A DNA stretch of 52,432 nucleotides, the filler included, from Dimargaris cristalligena (taxonomy: Eukaryota): assembly GCA_003614675.1 (NCBI GenBank). It is 3 parts of 3 records of this genome, joined end to end, with 100 filler letters (N's around TTAATTAATTAA, not from the genome) between each part and the next. Parts side by side here need not be neighbours in the genome. Positions count along the whole stretch, not along the records: positions 35,025 to 52,432 come from ML002803.1; 2 more parts are not named here. One strand, 5' to 3'. The notes beneath the pieces were generated by a model that was not told where the DNA came from, did no database searches, and saw nothing but the letters and a program-made list of their open reading frames with translations. A program made the translations under genes and the position numbers. Below are positions 39,201 to 52,432 of this stretch, piece after piece (within the stretch, counting starts at the first letter, position 1; each line of letters opens with the position of its first letter).

Positions 39201-40193
39201 ATTATAGTTTACACAATAAAGGAAGGTTTGGAAATGACAACAAACGTGGAATATGGAGGGGCACACCACTCCACCCCCTTAAACAATAGTTCAATATACT
39301 GGTCAGCCGGTGTCTAACATTTTGGATGAACCAGTGTGGGCGAAAAAAAAAAACACCCAAATTTACCCTATATGTCCCATTGAAGGAGCCTGGAGGTGAG
39401 GGCAAATATTTAGCGCACTGGAAATCTTGACAATGATCATCATCCCAAATTTCACAGTAGCACATCACAAAACTTATAGCCAAGGGCAAAACATTTATGG
39501 CAATCACCGCCTTTGTCAGAATTAGGCGCTGCACTTCCTCCAAAGACGGAGCTAAGCCATTAGGGACCTTACACCAAGGATACCACCATGCCCATATGAG
39601 CCACCAGGCTAACCAACGGGGCAATATAAATAAAATAATAGGGGAGGAACGAAACTGGAACGGGGTACGGGTCTTCACACTTAATAACTAAATAGAAGTA
39701 CTTCCTGAATCAATCATATAAAATACGGGTACATCGATTCGGCCGTAGAGCGGAGAAGGGAAAGGGTATGTCACGCTTATTTAAAAATCAGTGTCTGGTG
39801 GTCTGGGTACTTACGGTCGCAAGCCAAATGGGCTTTTTTGCAGTTTGCACAGGCGCTGGGTACATGTGATTTGCCATTTTTGGTTGCAGGCGCAGGGGAA
39901 GGATTGATGGGCTTGTCAGGGCCATCGGGGGCACTAGACGGGGAAAACACAGAACCCACGAGAGGTACTGGCGCCGAGGTGGAAGCCACGGACATTGGTC
40001 GTGATCTTACAGGAGCACTGGAGGACGCCAGAGGCGGAGTTGTGGAACGGCTTGAAACGGCTGGCTCAACGGACGGCCGCCATGGACCTAAATGGGATGT
40101 TGGGGGGCGGTGGTCCATATGCGAGGATGAATGAACGACTCGAAAGTGGTAATTGAGCAAGGGAAACTCGCAAGTAGTGACACTGTCGGTCAT
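36299..40193 (-). CDS. Zn(II)2Cys6 transcription factor with a PAS-like domain, 2 exons, ~969 aa
   Basis: Exons 40193-39815 and 38829-36299 (GTAAGT..ATAG, 985-nt intron). The splice restores SACANCKKAHLACD-L-SRPCRRCVSMGKTATCVDVQHKKRGRPK. PAS-like segment VTDNCAAILGHTPPEFLERPLTDFLYQDD. The start codon is uncertain. Confidence 0.88.
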
Positions 40194-41695
40194 TCCGGCG
40201 AACCCGTGCCTAAATTAGAGGGGTTGAGGGGTAAGGGAGTCGACTGTCGCGTGGTTGTGACCAGGTCAGGCGTAGTTGGATAGGTACGGCGGACGAGGAA
40301 AGAGGACTTGCCCAGTTGATATCCTGAACCCGACGATGGACGGAAATCGAGGGGGGAGCACGGCGACGTGGAGGGTAATACAGAAAATTAATAAATGGCG
40401 GAATGGCTTGAGAGAGAGGAGGGGGAGGTTTGGGGTTGGTAAATGGAGCAGTCCAGTGTCGGCACGACTCAAGACGTGTGGGGTCAAGTGAAGAACCACG
40501 CAAAAACTCACGCTCAGTAAGGGGAGAGTTGATTCAGGAAGTAAAACAATTGAAGCGCGCTGGTCATGGTGAGGCAGCCAACAGCTAGAGCAACTGAGAG
40601 AAAAGACTGGAAAATCAATACCAGCCCTATTGGAAGAGATGGGTGGGCACAACAGTAAGCGTTTGCACGGCGACAGGGGTAAGGCCGACTAGTGCTAGAG
40701 ATAGTTAAAGGGGCACATGAAGCGGAAAGAACAGTAATAAAAGTGATAGGCGGCGTTCTAGAAGGTCCAACCCTTTACAAGTTTGGGACCGAACACGAGC
40801 ACTCAATCAGGGGGTGAGGGGATTTAGGCCACAAGAAAACCAACGGTATGGGAGCAATTGCTAGCGAGGGAGATAGAGGGGGGTAGCTAGGAGGCGGAGG
40901 CGATAAGAGGCAGGAAGTAAGTTTAGGTGGGAGAAAAATCAATATAAGTAAAAATAACAAGGCACGAAAGAGACTAGGGTAGGCGAATGGGTTTAAGGAA
41001 AAGTCTGATTTATGGGAGGGGAGTTCGAGCAATTGAGGAAGTATTGGAAGCGAGGTCTAGAGGGGGGATGAGCAGAAAAGCACAAGTAGGCAGAAAACGT
41101 CAAAAAGGGAATGGGAATGAATAAGGTTGCAGTTAGCAATGTGAAATAAACAGTGGGGTCGGAGGGCAGTCCTAATAAATGGTGCCGCAGGGGTTGTGCG
41201 GTTGTCCAAATACCCGGTCTGGTGTAAGGAACCGGCGATAACAGCCGGAAAAAAAATGGCCTGGTGTGAACTGCCTAATACCCGACGCGGCAGCCAGTTG
41301 GCTAGCGTGTGGGAAAAGTATAGGCCGCGGGCAGCAAATACCGGCGATGGATGAGCACGACTTTGATTGACTATGACACCCAACTCACACACTCGTCGTT
41401 TTCCCGCTCGTTTGGGGGAGAGGCGCAGTGTAAACGGAGCGTATCACAAAGAGTAGTTAGATGACTAGGGTTCTATACCAATGAAGATAATGGCTTAGGG
41501 CTACGGTGTATAGCTTGCTGGGCACATACAGGAAGGTGGGTAATAAACTAGATGAATTACTGGGAGTAGGGTGGACGGTATCGCATACGAAAAACTAGGT
41601 AAGTCAGATTAGTTTCGGGGTATTAAGCCGGATAGTACGATCATTTACACGCATACTCCGATTTGCCAAGTTAATAAGAAATAACTCAGAAAATA

Positions 41696-41714
41696 ATATA
41701 TATATATATATATA
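41696..41714. repeat. (AT)n microsatellite
   Basis: Direct reading. Confidence 0.8.
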
Positions 41715-44700
41715 AGAAGTTCGGAATACGGGTAGGCGTGGAAAGCAAAGGAGAGGCGAGAAACTAGAAGTATCGTAGGACAGGGGAACGCCAAACAGGC
41801 GGGGTTATATATAGAGAGGAGGAAATATCCCGAAGTTAACGGCGAGGGAGACGGGGCGTGGAAAAAAGAGGGCCAAGTCCGAGGGGGAAGGAGGGGGAAT
41901 ATATTGATCGGTGAGGGAGGGGAAAGCAATGATAAGAACATCCCAGATGCGGGGGTTGAGGACTGTGATGTTGAAGGTAGCTTGAATATTAGAATAGTCA
42001 TACCACCAAAGGAGATAAGCCACGCCACAGTTAAGGGAAATGAGCAGCCATCACCACAAAGGAAACAAAGATGAACAGACCCAACGGTGCTGGGGTATAC
42101 GTGAATAGGCCAGACATTAAAGTGGAAGAAGAGGCTCATGATGGCAAGCTTCAGTAAGGCGGAGGGAAGAAAAGGACAGGGCATACCCAGTGTATGGCGG
42201 GAGATTCAACGAATATAAAATGGGTGTGCGAGGGTGTGGTTTGCCAATCGTAAAATCAGTGGGGTTTGACCTCACCAACTGATTCCTAAACTGTCCACCA
42301 GCAGCAATTATGGATAGTTCACAAAAGATACCAGATAACTAAAAGAATCGGGGGACAAAAAAACCGGTTTCGGCGATTTAATCCATGTGGGCATTTCCGT
42401 GGGATATGCGGAGAAAGGGTAACCCCTATTCTGGATATTCCTGATACTTACCCAATAATAGATGGGGCCCACTTTAAGTGGGTCTCCGGCGGTATATGGC
42501 CAAATAGTCGCAGTGAACAAATGTGGTGCCAGGGGGCTGGGTGTGGGATACGGAAGAAAATATAGCCGTATAGTCGAGCAACAGACCGAGCTTATTGGGC
42601 GAGGCGCCCCGCCTTTTAAAAGTAGGGTAGGAAGCACCGTCACAAATCGACGGGTTAGGGTGAGGGTGGTGGAAGAAGGCAAGAGGGGAAATAGGGAATG
42701 CGGTGATTAAAACCATGAAAAGTGAGCAACGCGGATGCCCGCTGGTGAACAACGGACCGGGTAAATCGGCTAATTAGATATGGCGGAGATAGGAGGGCGG
42801 AGTTAGAGGGTCAAGGGAAAGTCCGTGGACGACGGAGGAGTATGTATGGGAGAATGTAGGCAGGCGACGAAGCAGGTGAGTGAGGGTTGGGTTTTCGAGG
42901 TCACACGTCAACACACCCGGAAAAAAAGCGTAGCAGCTAGCCAATGGACCTTTCTGGGCCAATTATTCGGGCCAGTGGGGCAACACGGTTAATTGGAGTG
43001 CGACCAGGCGGATTAAGTACATATGTATACACATACACATACACACGCACACACAAACAAATGGGCTGGCTTAAGTAGAAGGAGGAAAGAACGGTAGGAA
43101 GGGAAATAAGGATGCTAGAGAGGATGCGTGGCCAACGCCCGGATTATATACCCCGATGGCGCAGGCTGGCGACGGTAATGCATCGGATTTATAGACCTGC
43201 CACGGTTACTGCCAAAGTTGGCCATATATTACAGTACTCCTTCATCACTAACCCGGCCAGCTTTATTAAAGTGGTTGAATGCATGTTGTACAGTCCGCAT
43301 ATACCCATGATTGTATGGGTTCCCTCGGGCCTAGCTGGGCGAGATAAGAATGGTCTATACCTCCCAAGCCTCGCTGAATGCTGGCTGTTTCGTTTGATTG
43401 AGACTCTCCTTCTCTGCCTGCCACTTCCGCCTGCTGGTTAAATAGGACCGCTGTAGCGGGTCCATTCCCGGCTCTTGATGGTGAGGCATGTCTCTTCTCT
43501 CCTCTTTCCGTTTCTTTCTTTTCTCCGCCTGGTGAATCCAAGCCATGGCAGACCTCGAGCTGTTCGTATCCACACCTGCAACTATAGTCTTGGTAAGTAG
43601 TCGCGGATAAAGCTATCCGGCAGTGCGGTGGTGGGGGGGGGGAGACTCGATGGTGGGAGGCTAAAGGTCACTCCCCAATAGTGCATACCATAGTATATGT
43701 CCACATTCAAATCCACGTGCCTGCCAACCTAATAATCCAAAGAGAGAGTAGAGGTGCAATATATGGTCATTTGCCGAGACTGGGGTTTCGGAGAAAAGGA
43801 ATAATATAGTGAGGAGGCTGGTCAATAAGCGCGGGAGTGTGGAAGCTCTGATGGACACTATCGCCGGCCAATGTCTGTTCAACAGGTGCATGATTAATCC
43901 ACACCCCCGCCCACATACTCATGGATATTTCGGTACTATTTATTCATCGGCTTGTGTATGATCGGTAGTCGGATTAAGTGCCACACAAACCTTCAAAGAG
44001 CTGGTCAGGCCACCGGCTTCAATCGACAGGGGTACAGCCTATTGATGGTGACCTGGTGTAACTGGAGTTAGGGACCTACCCGGGAGGTGAACGCGGCGAG
44101 TCCCGCTGTGCCGTCCTCAGAATAATATTTGACGAGACCATTTGGTGTGTATGCATGTAGAGGATCCCATGTAATGATCGCCGTTCTGCCTAATTCACTT
44201 CTCGTCAAGAGAATGGTGATGAGATGAGAGTGATGGGACAGAGTAAAGGCCAAAAGGAAAACGGGAGTGTCTCTTTTCACTCTCTCCCAGGCCCATACAG
44301 GGATGATCTCCCCGCCAATTACTATCAATGAACAAGCAGAGGTCTGATTTTCTCCTTTAGGTAACTTTTAGCCAAGGGGCAGAGCGGAGATGGAGACCCG
44401 TGGTTCAACCCAATCATTTCGCACCGCTTGGTAGATTAAATAGTTACATTCTTCCCATGGCGGTTCCCCTATTTTCTGCCTCCATTTCTCCGCCCCGCAT
44501 TTGAATTCGACAATTATGCTAGTCTGCAACAGTGCACTACTCCTCCATGCATAAACTCCTCTGGGTGCACCTTCGTAGGAGGCATGGCTGCGATTCAGGG
44601 CAAAGGGGGGGGGGGTACATCACATACCAATTCTTTGCAATTCCTGTGTCTAGAGTGCTTAAAAGGGTAAAGGGGGAATGTGCTGGTGGGAACCGGATAA

Positions 44701-47700
44701 CCATTCTCCTTCTTTTCCATTCAGGTACAGCTATTCAGCGATTGGGCCAGCTGTACTGCGTTCCTGTGTGGAATCCTCCTCCCCAAGTGATTCCACTCCA
44801 TTGGCTTCATCTACTCAAACCATGCCAATAAATTCCTTTGTACTATACAGATTGAGCTTCGCTATAGGACCACGTAGACTAGCTGTCGATTAGTTGCGGT
44901 TCACTGTTGCCCAGGGCTTGATCGATGGATTCATGGTCTAATCGCCGTCAGTGAAATAGTAATCTTAGCATAGTTGCATTGCTAATTGACCAGGGCCCTT
45001 ACTCCCATAGTGTAGTGGGTGTGCTTAGTGGAAAGCTGGGTTCACAACAGTACACGGTGGCCCAGAACCATCGCACTAAGCTAGGTAGTCCTCATTATTT
45101 ATCATTTTTCTCTTCGTGGCCCGAGGGCCATAGACGCTATATTGACACCATCGCACAAGTCTGAAGGTAATTTACAATATCGCCCCCAGTACACGTCCGT
45201 GGAGAACTATTTTGAAGAGTTTGCAAAACTAGAGAGTCCCACGGCTTACGCAACACTAACTACAGTCACATTTTTGTAACAGGAATAGGAACATATTCTA
45301 TTCTTGGTGTTTTGCATTAAACATCAGCCCTGCCGATACTGCAATTATCAGCAAGTTGGCTGGTGGCTCATAGTTAACGTTGGCAAAATTTTATAAAATA
45401 ACCCCTGGCCAGCAATGGCCTACCATTGAGATTCAATTGATAAACCTTGCTACTATCCACTATCCTCCACACGTGGGCGCAGATAAGAGAGGTGGGACAT
45501 TTGGCGGCTTAGGTTCCCTCCCATTCACTGCCCCAATTACCGCCGGCGCACTATCACTATATTGCCTTGAAACAGCATTGACGCACAGTACTTTAGCATT
45601 GCCCTACCACCGACCCCTCTCGCATTACTGTCACCCAGTCATATCCCCAGCACTACAATACGGAGTGCCGGTGTAAAAGGATATTCTAGGTTGGAGGCCA
45701 AATCGGACCTATGGGTATGCCGAATTTTAACAGCCGCCAATGACCTTGCAGCACCCGCTTTTATTTTCCGAAATACTGAAATACCAACCAGGGTATAATA
45801 CGCCAGTGTATCTATTAAGCCTAAACGTGAAAGGTGAGATACACGAACTGTGGATGACTCAAGCCGTACGCCATGCACCTGCCTGACTTTCAGCTTTACT
45901 TATCCCAGCCCAACCTATATCAAATCGATCCGAATCACTACTAGCTGCGACTTACGATGCCTTTCCACTCACTTGTGCGGTGCAGCTGAACGACCTATAT
46001 TTAGCCACGTCATTTTTTTTTTGCATTGCAGGTTGCTGTACAGCGACCTGGTGAGATAGTCCCATTCCACCGGAGTTCCAACTGTTTGGACTGCAGCATC
46101 CAGGTGCACCATCACCACAATGCATCCAGGTGCCAGAGAGTATCTAGGTATTAAGAATAGGGGGATTCCCTTCTGTGGGTCAAGCCCCGTGATGCCATGC
46201 CGGAGTTATGCATCACAAAGCCCCCAGCCTTCGCAGCCATTCATTGCCTCTAAATGTAGCGTATTACAGCCCCGTCTGGCTTAGAATGGCCTTGACTCAC
46301 AGCTCATTGCCCGTCCCAGTGCCTCTCCGTGATTTAAGGTGAAGGCAATCTCATTTCGGACGGTTTAGCATCACCTGTTTCGTAGGGATATTTTTAGCGA
46401 GTCACGAAGTCTTCGATATCTCCGTGTACTCGACCACATCCATCGTGTAGTATCTTGTATTACTCATATTGCCATCGCTGTGCTATAAATATGCATTTCC
46501 ACATTGGGACGACCTTATGGTGTGAATATACATACACAACAGCGGGAATGTCAAGTGGCTTTCCCTATCAATTAGTGTTTTGGCCACCACGTCTCCAGAA
46601 TACCCAAATCCCCTTATTGAAAAATCTACTATGGTATTTCCCTTCGCCTTCGTCTCCGCCTCCCCCAGCCTCTCCCCTCATATTGCAATTTGCCCATTGC
46701 TGCAGCATGGCGGCTATCAGTCCCATGAGACTTGTCACTTCAATGCTACAATACAGATTAGCTACTGTAAATTATTACTATATGAGTGGCGGTAAATCCA
46801 TGGTACTATATTCACTTACACCATAGCTCCTTATGGAGAATATTTCTCCGCCAGTGCACTGTAGTCTCGAATTTGGCGGTAATCCCGAATGCTAGTATTC
46901 CTCAGATATCCCAATTTTGCATTTACAATAGTCTCGGTCAGCTTGGTTGTCTACCATAGGTCGGACAATCCCTTCAATGTGAAAGGGGTAGAAGGCAATC
47001 AAATGGTCCCATATGGTACCCTTTTCCCCAAGTCATCCATTTTATGCATCTACCATATAGTTGAGAGCCTACGAATAAATTGGAATAAAAACAAGAAAAA
47101 AAATGGGCACAACAGCCATTAAATTTGATTTGGTTGGTTATGATGTATAGGTTTACCCTTACTCATGTAAAATAGGGTTGTTATGCAAGAAGCTGGAAAG
47201 CCAGGCCAGATGGTCACTTGCACCCTCACTGTTAGTTCATCAGCATACGATGGCTAAGACTAGCCAGTTAGTCCTGTTTTCATTATTAAAGCGCAGCATT
47301 AGCACACACCCATCTGCTATCACACCAAACTGGTCATTTATTAAGCTCTATACAAGACTTTGGCGGAAATCTTCGACTGTAGCTCTGGCAACAAATGAAT
47401 AATATTGTCTGTTCAATTTTGGCCGATAGTAGTATTCTAGAATGATTGTTTTTCAGCGATCCAGACTATTCTTTTTACGATTAACAAGACACCCACCTCC
47501 TCTCCCTTCTAGCTAGTTACACTTACCGGAGAAATATCGACCCGGTTAGTTGGCTGGAAACCCCAGCGTTTTAGAGTACCTTCGGCTAAACCTACTCGCA
47601 GGAACCAGACACATCAATTATTATTTTTTGGACGTGAGATGGTTCGCCCCGATGATTGGATTAAGACCATTGGGTGCTTCAGGCGGCCCCGTGCACGAAC

Positions 47701-47889
47701 GTGCAGCGGTCGCAAAAACAATGGATTGTTTGGTGAGTGAGGCATGCGTTCCCAAGTCGATGTCAATCTGTTGAATTGGCTTGAACTACTGAAAAGAAAT
47801 TGTGCGAAACCACACGCCTTTCCGCTGCGAGTATTAACAAATACCGGTTTTGCGTAGTATCGACAGAAAGAACATAGGAGGACCAGCCA

Positions 47890-47910
47890 AATAATAATAA
47901 TAATAATAAT
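47890..47910. repeat. (AAT)7 microsatellite
   Basis: Direct reading. Confidence 0.85.
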
Positions 47911-49156
47911 AAAAAGAGGTCATTTTGTATGTTCATTAATCCTCTCTAGGGGACTTGCAGCCTGCCGAATGTAACATGTATTCATTCGCCCTCCAGACCG
48001 AATGCCCATTTCGATGGGCCATTGTCCTAAACCCGATGGATATAGCCCCGACCGCTAGGGTTGGATGTGAAACTGGCTACAGAGACAATGGGGCAGAGGT
48101 GTGTAAGGACGGGGGTTTTGGGATTGGCCTTGGTATATCACTTCGGACTTGACGACTCGACCAGGATAATCATCTGACTCTTTTTGGACGCTTCTATGTA
48201 TCTACTGTACCCCTGGCAAATCCATGGTGATTTCTCCTATTGGCAAAATCAACCTCTCTTTTCCTTGTTTTCCCCAGGTCCGCCAAATAAACTCAACAAT
48301 ACATAACTATTGACTCCCCGAATTTCCTCTCCCCCACCCATCCTGGGCTATTTTTAATTCATCCACCCATTTTCCCGCCATTGTCATGTTGCCCAAGTAG
48401 GTGATAAGGATGCGAAGAGTAAGACCAAAGTGGGAAATGGGCGGAAGGAGTACGACCTGGCTGACGTGTAAAAGGATGTGTGAGAAAAATGGAGTATTCA
48501 GGTGCCGGCGTCCCACTGATACGCCCAGTTGAACCTACTGAACATAGTCACTGGGTAGTCCAAACCTTGAAGGCAAGTCTGACTGACGAGACTGTTAATG
48601 AGAATGAAGGGTGGAGGGGGGGGGGCTAGTGAGTGAATGGACGATTGAATAAGTCAGAACATGGGCCAGGCCGCCATGTCCGAAGTCGTCCCAGTTTCCG
48701 TGGCTGGCCAATCCTTGTCGATTATCATACTCCACCTATTTTCTCCTCAAAGCATTTGGTTGATCAACCATAATAAGCGAACCCATAATAGATGCCTGTG
48801 GGCCTACCCCCAACCATTTCCACCCGACTATTCTAATGGAAGATGAATAAGAGAGGTCTACGTCTTAGTGGTTAATATACACACACACAGAAAATAAAAA
48901 GACAACGCTAATAAGGTGGCGCACTTTGTGTCCCTTCCCCACACTCAGTTTTTCCCTCATCCCCCACTGCTATTGCTGTGGAGGGCGGGACAAATGGACT
49001 AAACTTGCACTCGCTGCTGGCGATTCGGACTTAGCGACCCTCGTGTGACCAGGTGAGAAAACAAGCTGGTGCAAAATGGCTAATTAAGGATATTGGATGA
49101 CCAATGTGCGTTCCTTCTCCCAATCCTCGCTCTAAGTACTGTATCTCTCTATCCCT

Positions 49157-49184
49157 CACACACACACATATATATATATATATA
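49157..49184. repeat. Compound (CA)6(TA)8 microsatellite
   Basis: Direct reading. Confidence 0.85.
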
Positions 49185-51008
49185 TTACACCCACTACATC
49201 GGTTTAATGATTGGAAGGGTCTCCTAAACTTAGGCTTGGTTTACACCTGTTCATCAGTGGGGAGAAGGGATGGCGCTATTTTGTATGGGCTTATTTGTGT
49301 GAGTTGGTGAACGTATTACACTGTGTATCGATTATCCGCTGATGTATGATTGAGTGAGGAAGTTTCAGACCAAACACTTATGAGTGTTAGGCTGGCGCTG
49401 GTCCACCTTATTACCTTCGGCACCACCATTACCTGGAGTGTGCCACCTATACGTGGGTTCTCACTCCTTTTTTAGGAGATTATCAAGCGGCCCAGATTCC
49501 CCATTTTCCATTTATGTATATCTCTCCTTTCCCTCACCTATATTTTTTCCCAACCGCCGAATGAAATGGTATGGGTGGGGTTTCTGCTTCCCAACCCTGT
49601 TCTTAAAGAATACTTCGCCAGCCGGTTGTATTACAGACAAGAGTAGCTCATACAGATAGCAGCATTGATTATATGGTCTATTTTTAATCAATTTAGGAGG
49701 TCAATAAGGGGCCATTTGCCTTGTTTTTATCACGAGATCACCCCTTTTCGGACCGCTAAAGCCGAGTATTCAAGTTGACCCAATTTGATTAATGGGTATT
49801 TTAGTCTCAGTCGTAAATTGAGAGATTGACCAACAACCAGGGTGTTGAGAAACGCCGAAGTACTGCGGGGAAAGTATTTCTATTTGATTTTGGTGGAGGC
49901 CATGGGTAAATGAAGCAGCATTCTCATGTTCCATGATCCCAAATGGCATTATTAGATTTGGCCTATTCTGATCAAAGTTGTTGATACCCTGTCGTTGTTG
50001 CGAAATTTATTGCAATATTTCCATCAATACGGTTAATCACAATATCCATAGGAGCAAGTCACAATCTTTGTTTGTACCATTGGTTGAGTGAATTAAGAAC
50101 TTACTCTATCAACTTCCAAATAACAGTCCCAGTTATAAATATTAAATCGGGATTCTTAATTAGATTATTGGTTATAAGGATAGACTTAGTCTAGATCTTA
50201 ATAATAGATGGATTTGCCAGCTTAACCAATGGCTTCTGGGCCTGGCATAGTTGAGGGGCATTTATAATAATATTATAGGCAATAATAACGACATTAACTC
50301 TGGAGATTGATTTGGTCTTAAAAAATTAGTAAGGTTGCTTCCTCTTTACGTAGTTACGCTTAGGTAGCCAAAAAACGATTACTGTTCGGACTCGCTACCC
50401 AAAATTCCTATATATCAGGATAACTTAAAAAAACCAGAAACAGGTTGAATCGTATTTGGGGATAGATACGAGGGGTTTTCAGCTTTCTTATTTATTATAA
50501 CAATATAAACCAGTAATTTTATTCACATGAATCTAAAGTCAAGCTACTCCGTTGGTCTAGCAGATGTACACATTGAATAGGAGGATTTGTAGTGCCATGA
50601 GAGCGTCGGCTATCAGCCTTCAGCATCCGGCTATCAATTCACCCGGCGATTCTATAACAAAACTAATTTTGGCTGACTATTCGACCTTTATGACTGTTTT
50701 TACTGATATGACGAATTGTTTGAGAAAATTTATTCGCCTTTCGGGAAGTTACTGCCCGATTAATGACTTTGATTACTTGATAACGGCCATGTGTTATGAC
50801 GGTTTAATGATGGCATTATTGATACAGATAGTAAGATATCCAATATTTAAAACGATTTCTGCACGTCCTCAATTTGGGGAGTCTTCTTCCACCGAGGAAA
50901 ACAATTATTGTTTTGTTTATAATTATTTTGCTCTACTGAAACACTCATTTTTAATAAAATAATACCATTTTTCTCTATATCATCAACACTTGACCATTCA
51001 CATTAAAT

Positions 51009-51200
51009 ATGTTTCGTCTACACATTGGTTCCTCCGGGCCTAGCGTCCCACCTTATACCGGCCCGGAGGCGCCCCCGACCACACCCCTACGCTCTGCACC
51101 GTATCAAGGGATGCCCATCCGCATCCTGCGGCCCAGCGGTGGATTGGCGAACCCCGACGCCAGTACAGTTTCATGGTTGGTTTTAAAACGACAAAAGTAA
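51009..51200 (+). CDS. Possible small Pro-rich ORF or first exon of an unknown gene
   Basis: GC-rich island in AT-rich DNA, aaatATG context and a GTAAGT donor at 51197 overlapping the stop. No recognisable domain. Confidence 0.3.
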   Translation: MFRLHIGSSGPSVPPYTGPEAPPTTPLRSAPYQGMPIRILRPSGGLANPDASTVSWLVLKRQK

Positions 51201-52354
51201 GTGTTTTAACGAGTAAAAAGCAATTTCGGTGAAATACCAAATATTCGCGGAACAGTTTAAATTATATAAATACGGTACTCAACTGTCCATCTTATCATCA
51301 AGAAATGTATGATGTCCAACATATCAACTTCAGCCTGCATGATTTTGGCCGAGGGAATCGTCTCAGCTAACATATTTGTTGATAATGGGATACTTTGTGA
51401 CGACCAGCAGCCGTTGATTAGAATACAATAGTAAGCACACTTTGGCATTAGAATTACACCGAATGAGGGTGTCGTTTAAAAAGACTCGTTACTATGAAGG
51501 ACTGTATTAAATTTACCTAAGCCACGTTTTCATCGAGCTCTTTTATACTTATATATAGTTAAGCATATGTCGGTCTGGGGGAAATAAATTGTGCAACTAC
51601 GACAGCTAAATTATAGCGGAAAGAATTCTTAACCACAATTCCAGGGGTGCAGTTACGTCAAGTACTTGATATTCACAGAAGCGAGCGATTTCAAGAGGGT
51701 GTGGCCACCAGCGTATTACGCCCACTAGTACAAGATCAATGCCTTACCTTAAAAAATCATCGTATTGCACACATATTTGTACTGTTTCCCGAGCCAGATA
51801 TGGAAAGGAAAAGACACGACAGGGCGAGGGTGGAAACATTTACACTTGGGGTGTTGAGGAAATGGCCGCGGTGTCTAGGGAAGGGAACTGCGCCCGTAAT
51901 TTAATAGAGGCAAAGCATACGGTCAGAGGTCAGGAGGCAGTTGGTATAGTTGGGGAAGTTGGAGTAAAAATTGATACTAGTATCGTGCCGAAGCATGATG
52001 GACCGGTTGGGCCGGGCATTATGTCACTGAGGTTTGAAGCCGGAGATCTCGACGGGAGGTTCGGGTCGCTCGCAGGGACCTCAGGAGTGCCAGACTGGGC
52101 TGGGACTTGCGGTGGGGGTACTGGGGATACCGTAGCTGGGATGAGACACTGCGTTTTTTACGAATTTATTTATAATAGGGTTCAGCGATTTAGCGAGAAT
52201 AAACGATAGTGTTGTGGCCGGGCCTGCTTAATCTCTAACAGCATATCCTGGCCAAACTATTTTTAGTTTAGAAAAGATGAAGAACATCACCAAATATCAG
52301 TCTTCATCTTTTCCCACCCAGTTATAAGCCATTCAATGGCTAGGCCGTTTTTCC

Positions 52355-52396
52355 AATATTCAACATTCAATATTCAGTATTCAGTATTCAGTATTC
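52355..52396. repeat. 7-bp tandem repeat (ARYATTC) x6
   Basis: AATATTC AACATTC AATATTC AGTATTC AGTATTC AGTATTC. Confidence 0.85.
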
Positions 52397-52432
52397 ATAG
52401 TTCTTACTTATAACTCGAGGATCATTTAGTTA

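Noticed and set aside
39202-39678. 158-aa ORF inside the transcription factor intron
   Set aside because: Starts at GTG, composition is not protein-like and it crosses a homopolymer run.
1-52432. CRISPR arrays, rRNA, tRNA or intact transposase/reverse transcriptase genes
   Set aside because: None seen by eye; tRNAscan-SE, Rfam and RepeatMasker scans would be needed to exclude them fully.

Overview
This is eukaryotic DNA from a fungus; the gene content, sparse introns and GC-rich codons suggest an early-diverging lineage (inference, no marker gene is present). Two artificial 100-nt linkers (N44-TTAATTAATTAA-N44, at 17414-17513 and 34925-35024) join three contigs. Housekeeping genes: NADP-dependent alcohol dehydrogenase, 3-exon ketopantoate reductase, 4-exon HNT1, 2-exon TIM54, intronless KGD1, a TDA10-like P-loop kinase, the 3' end of DPH7 (absent from the ORF track) and a 2-exon Zn2Cys6/PAS transcription factor with a 985-nt intron and about 10 kb of gene-poor upstream DNA. 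Accessory genes: two small C2HC-type zinc-finger proteins and two small secreted proteins. The most unusual feature is a ~2.25-kb island (17570-19817) almost free of CpG. It contains a ~700-bp MITE-like element whose two inverted arms often differ by CpA/TpG versus TpA, a RIP-like or methylation-driven mutational signature.
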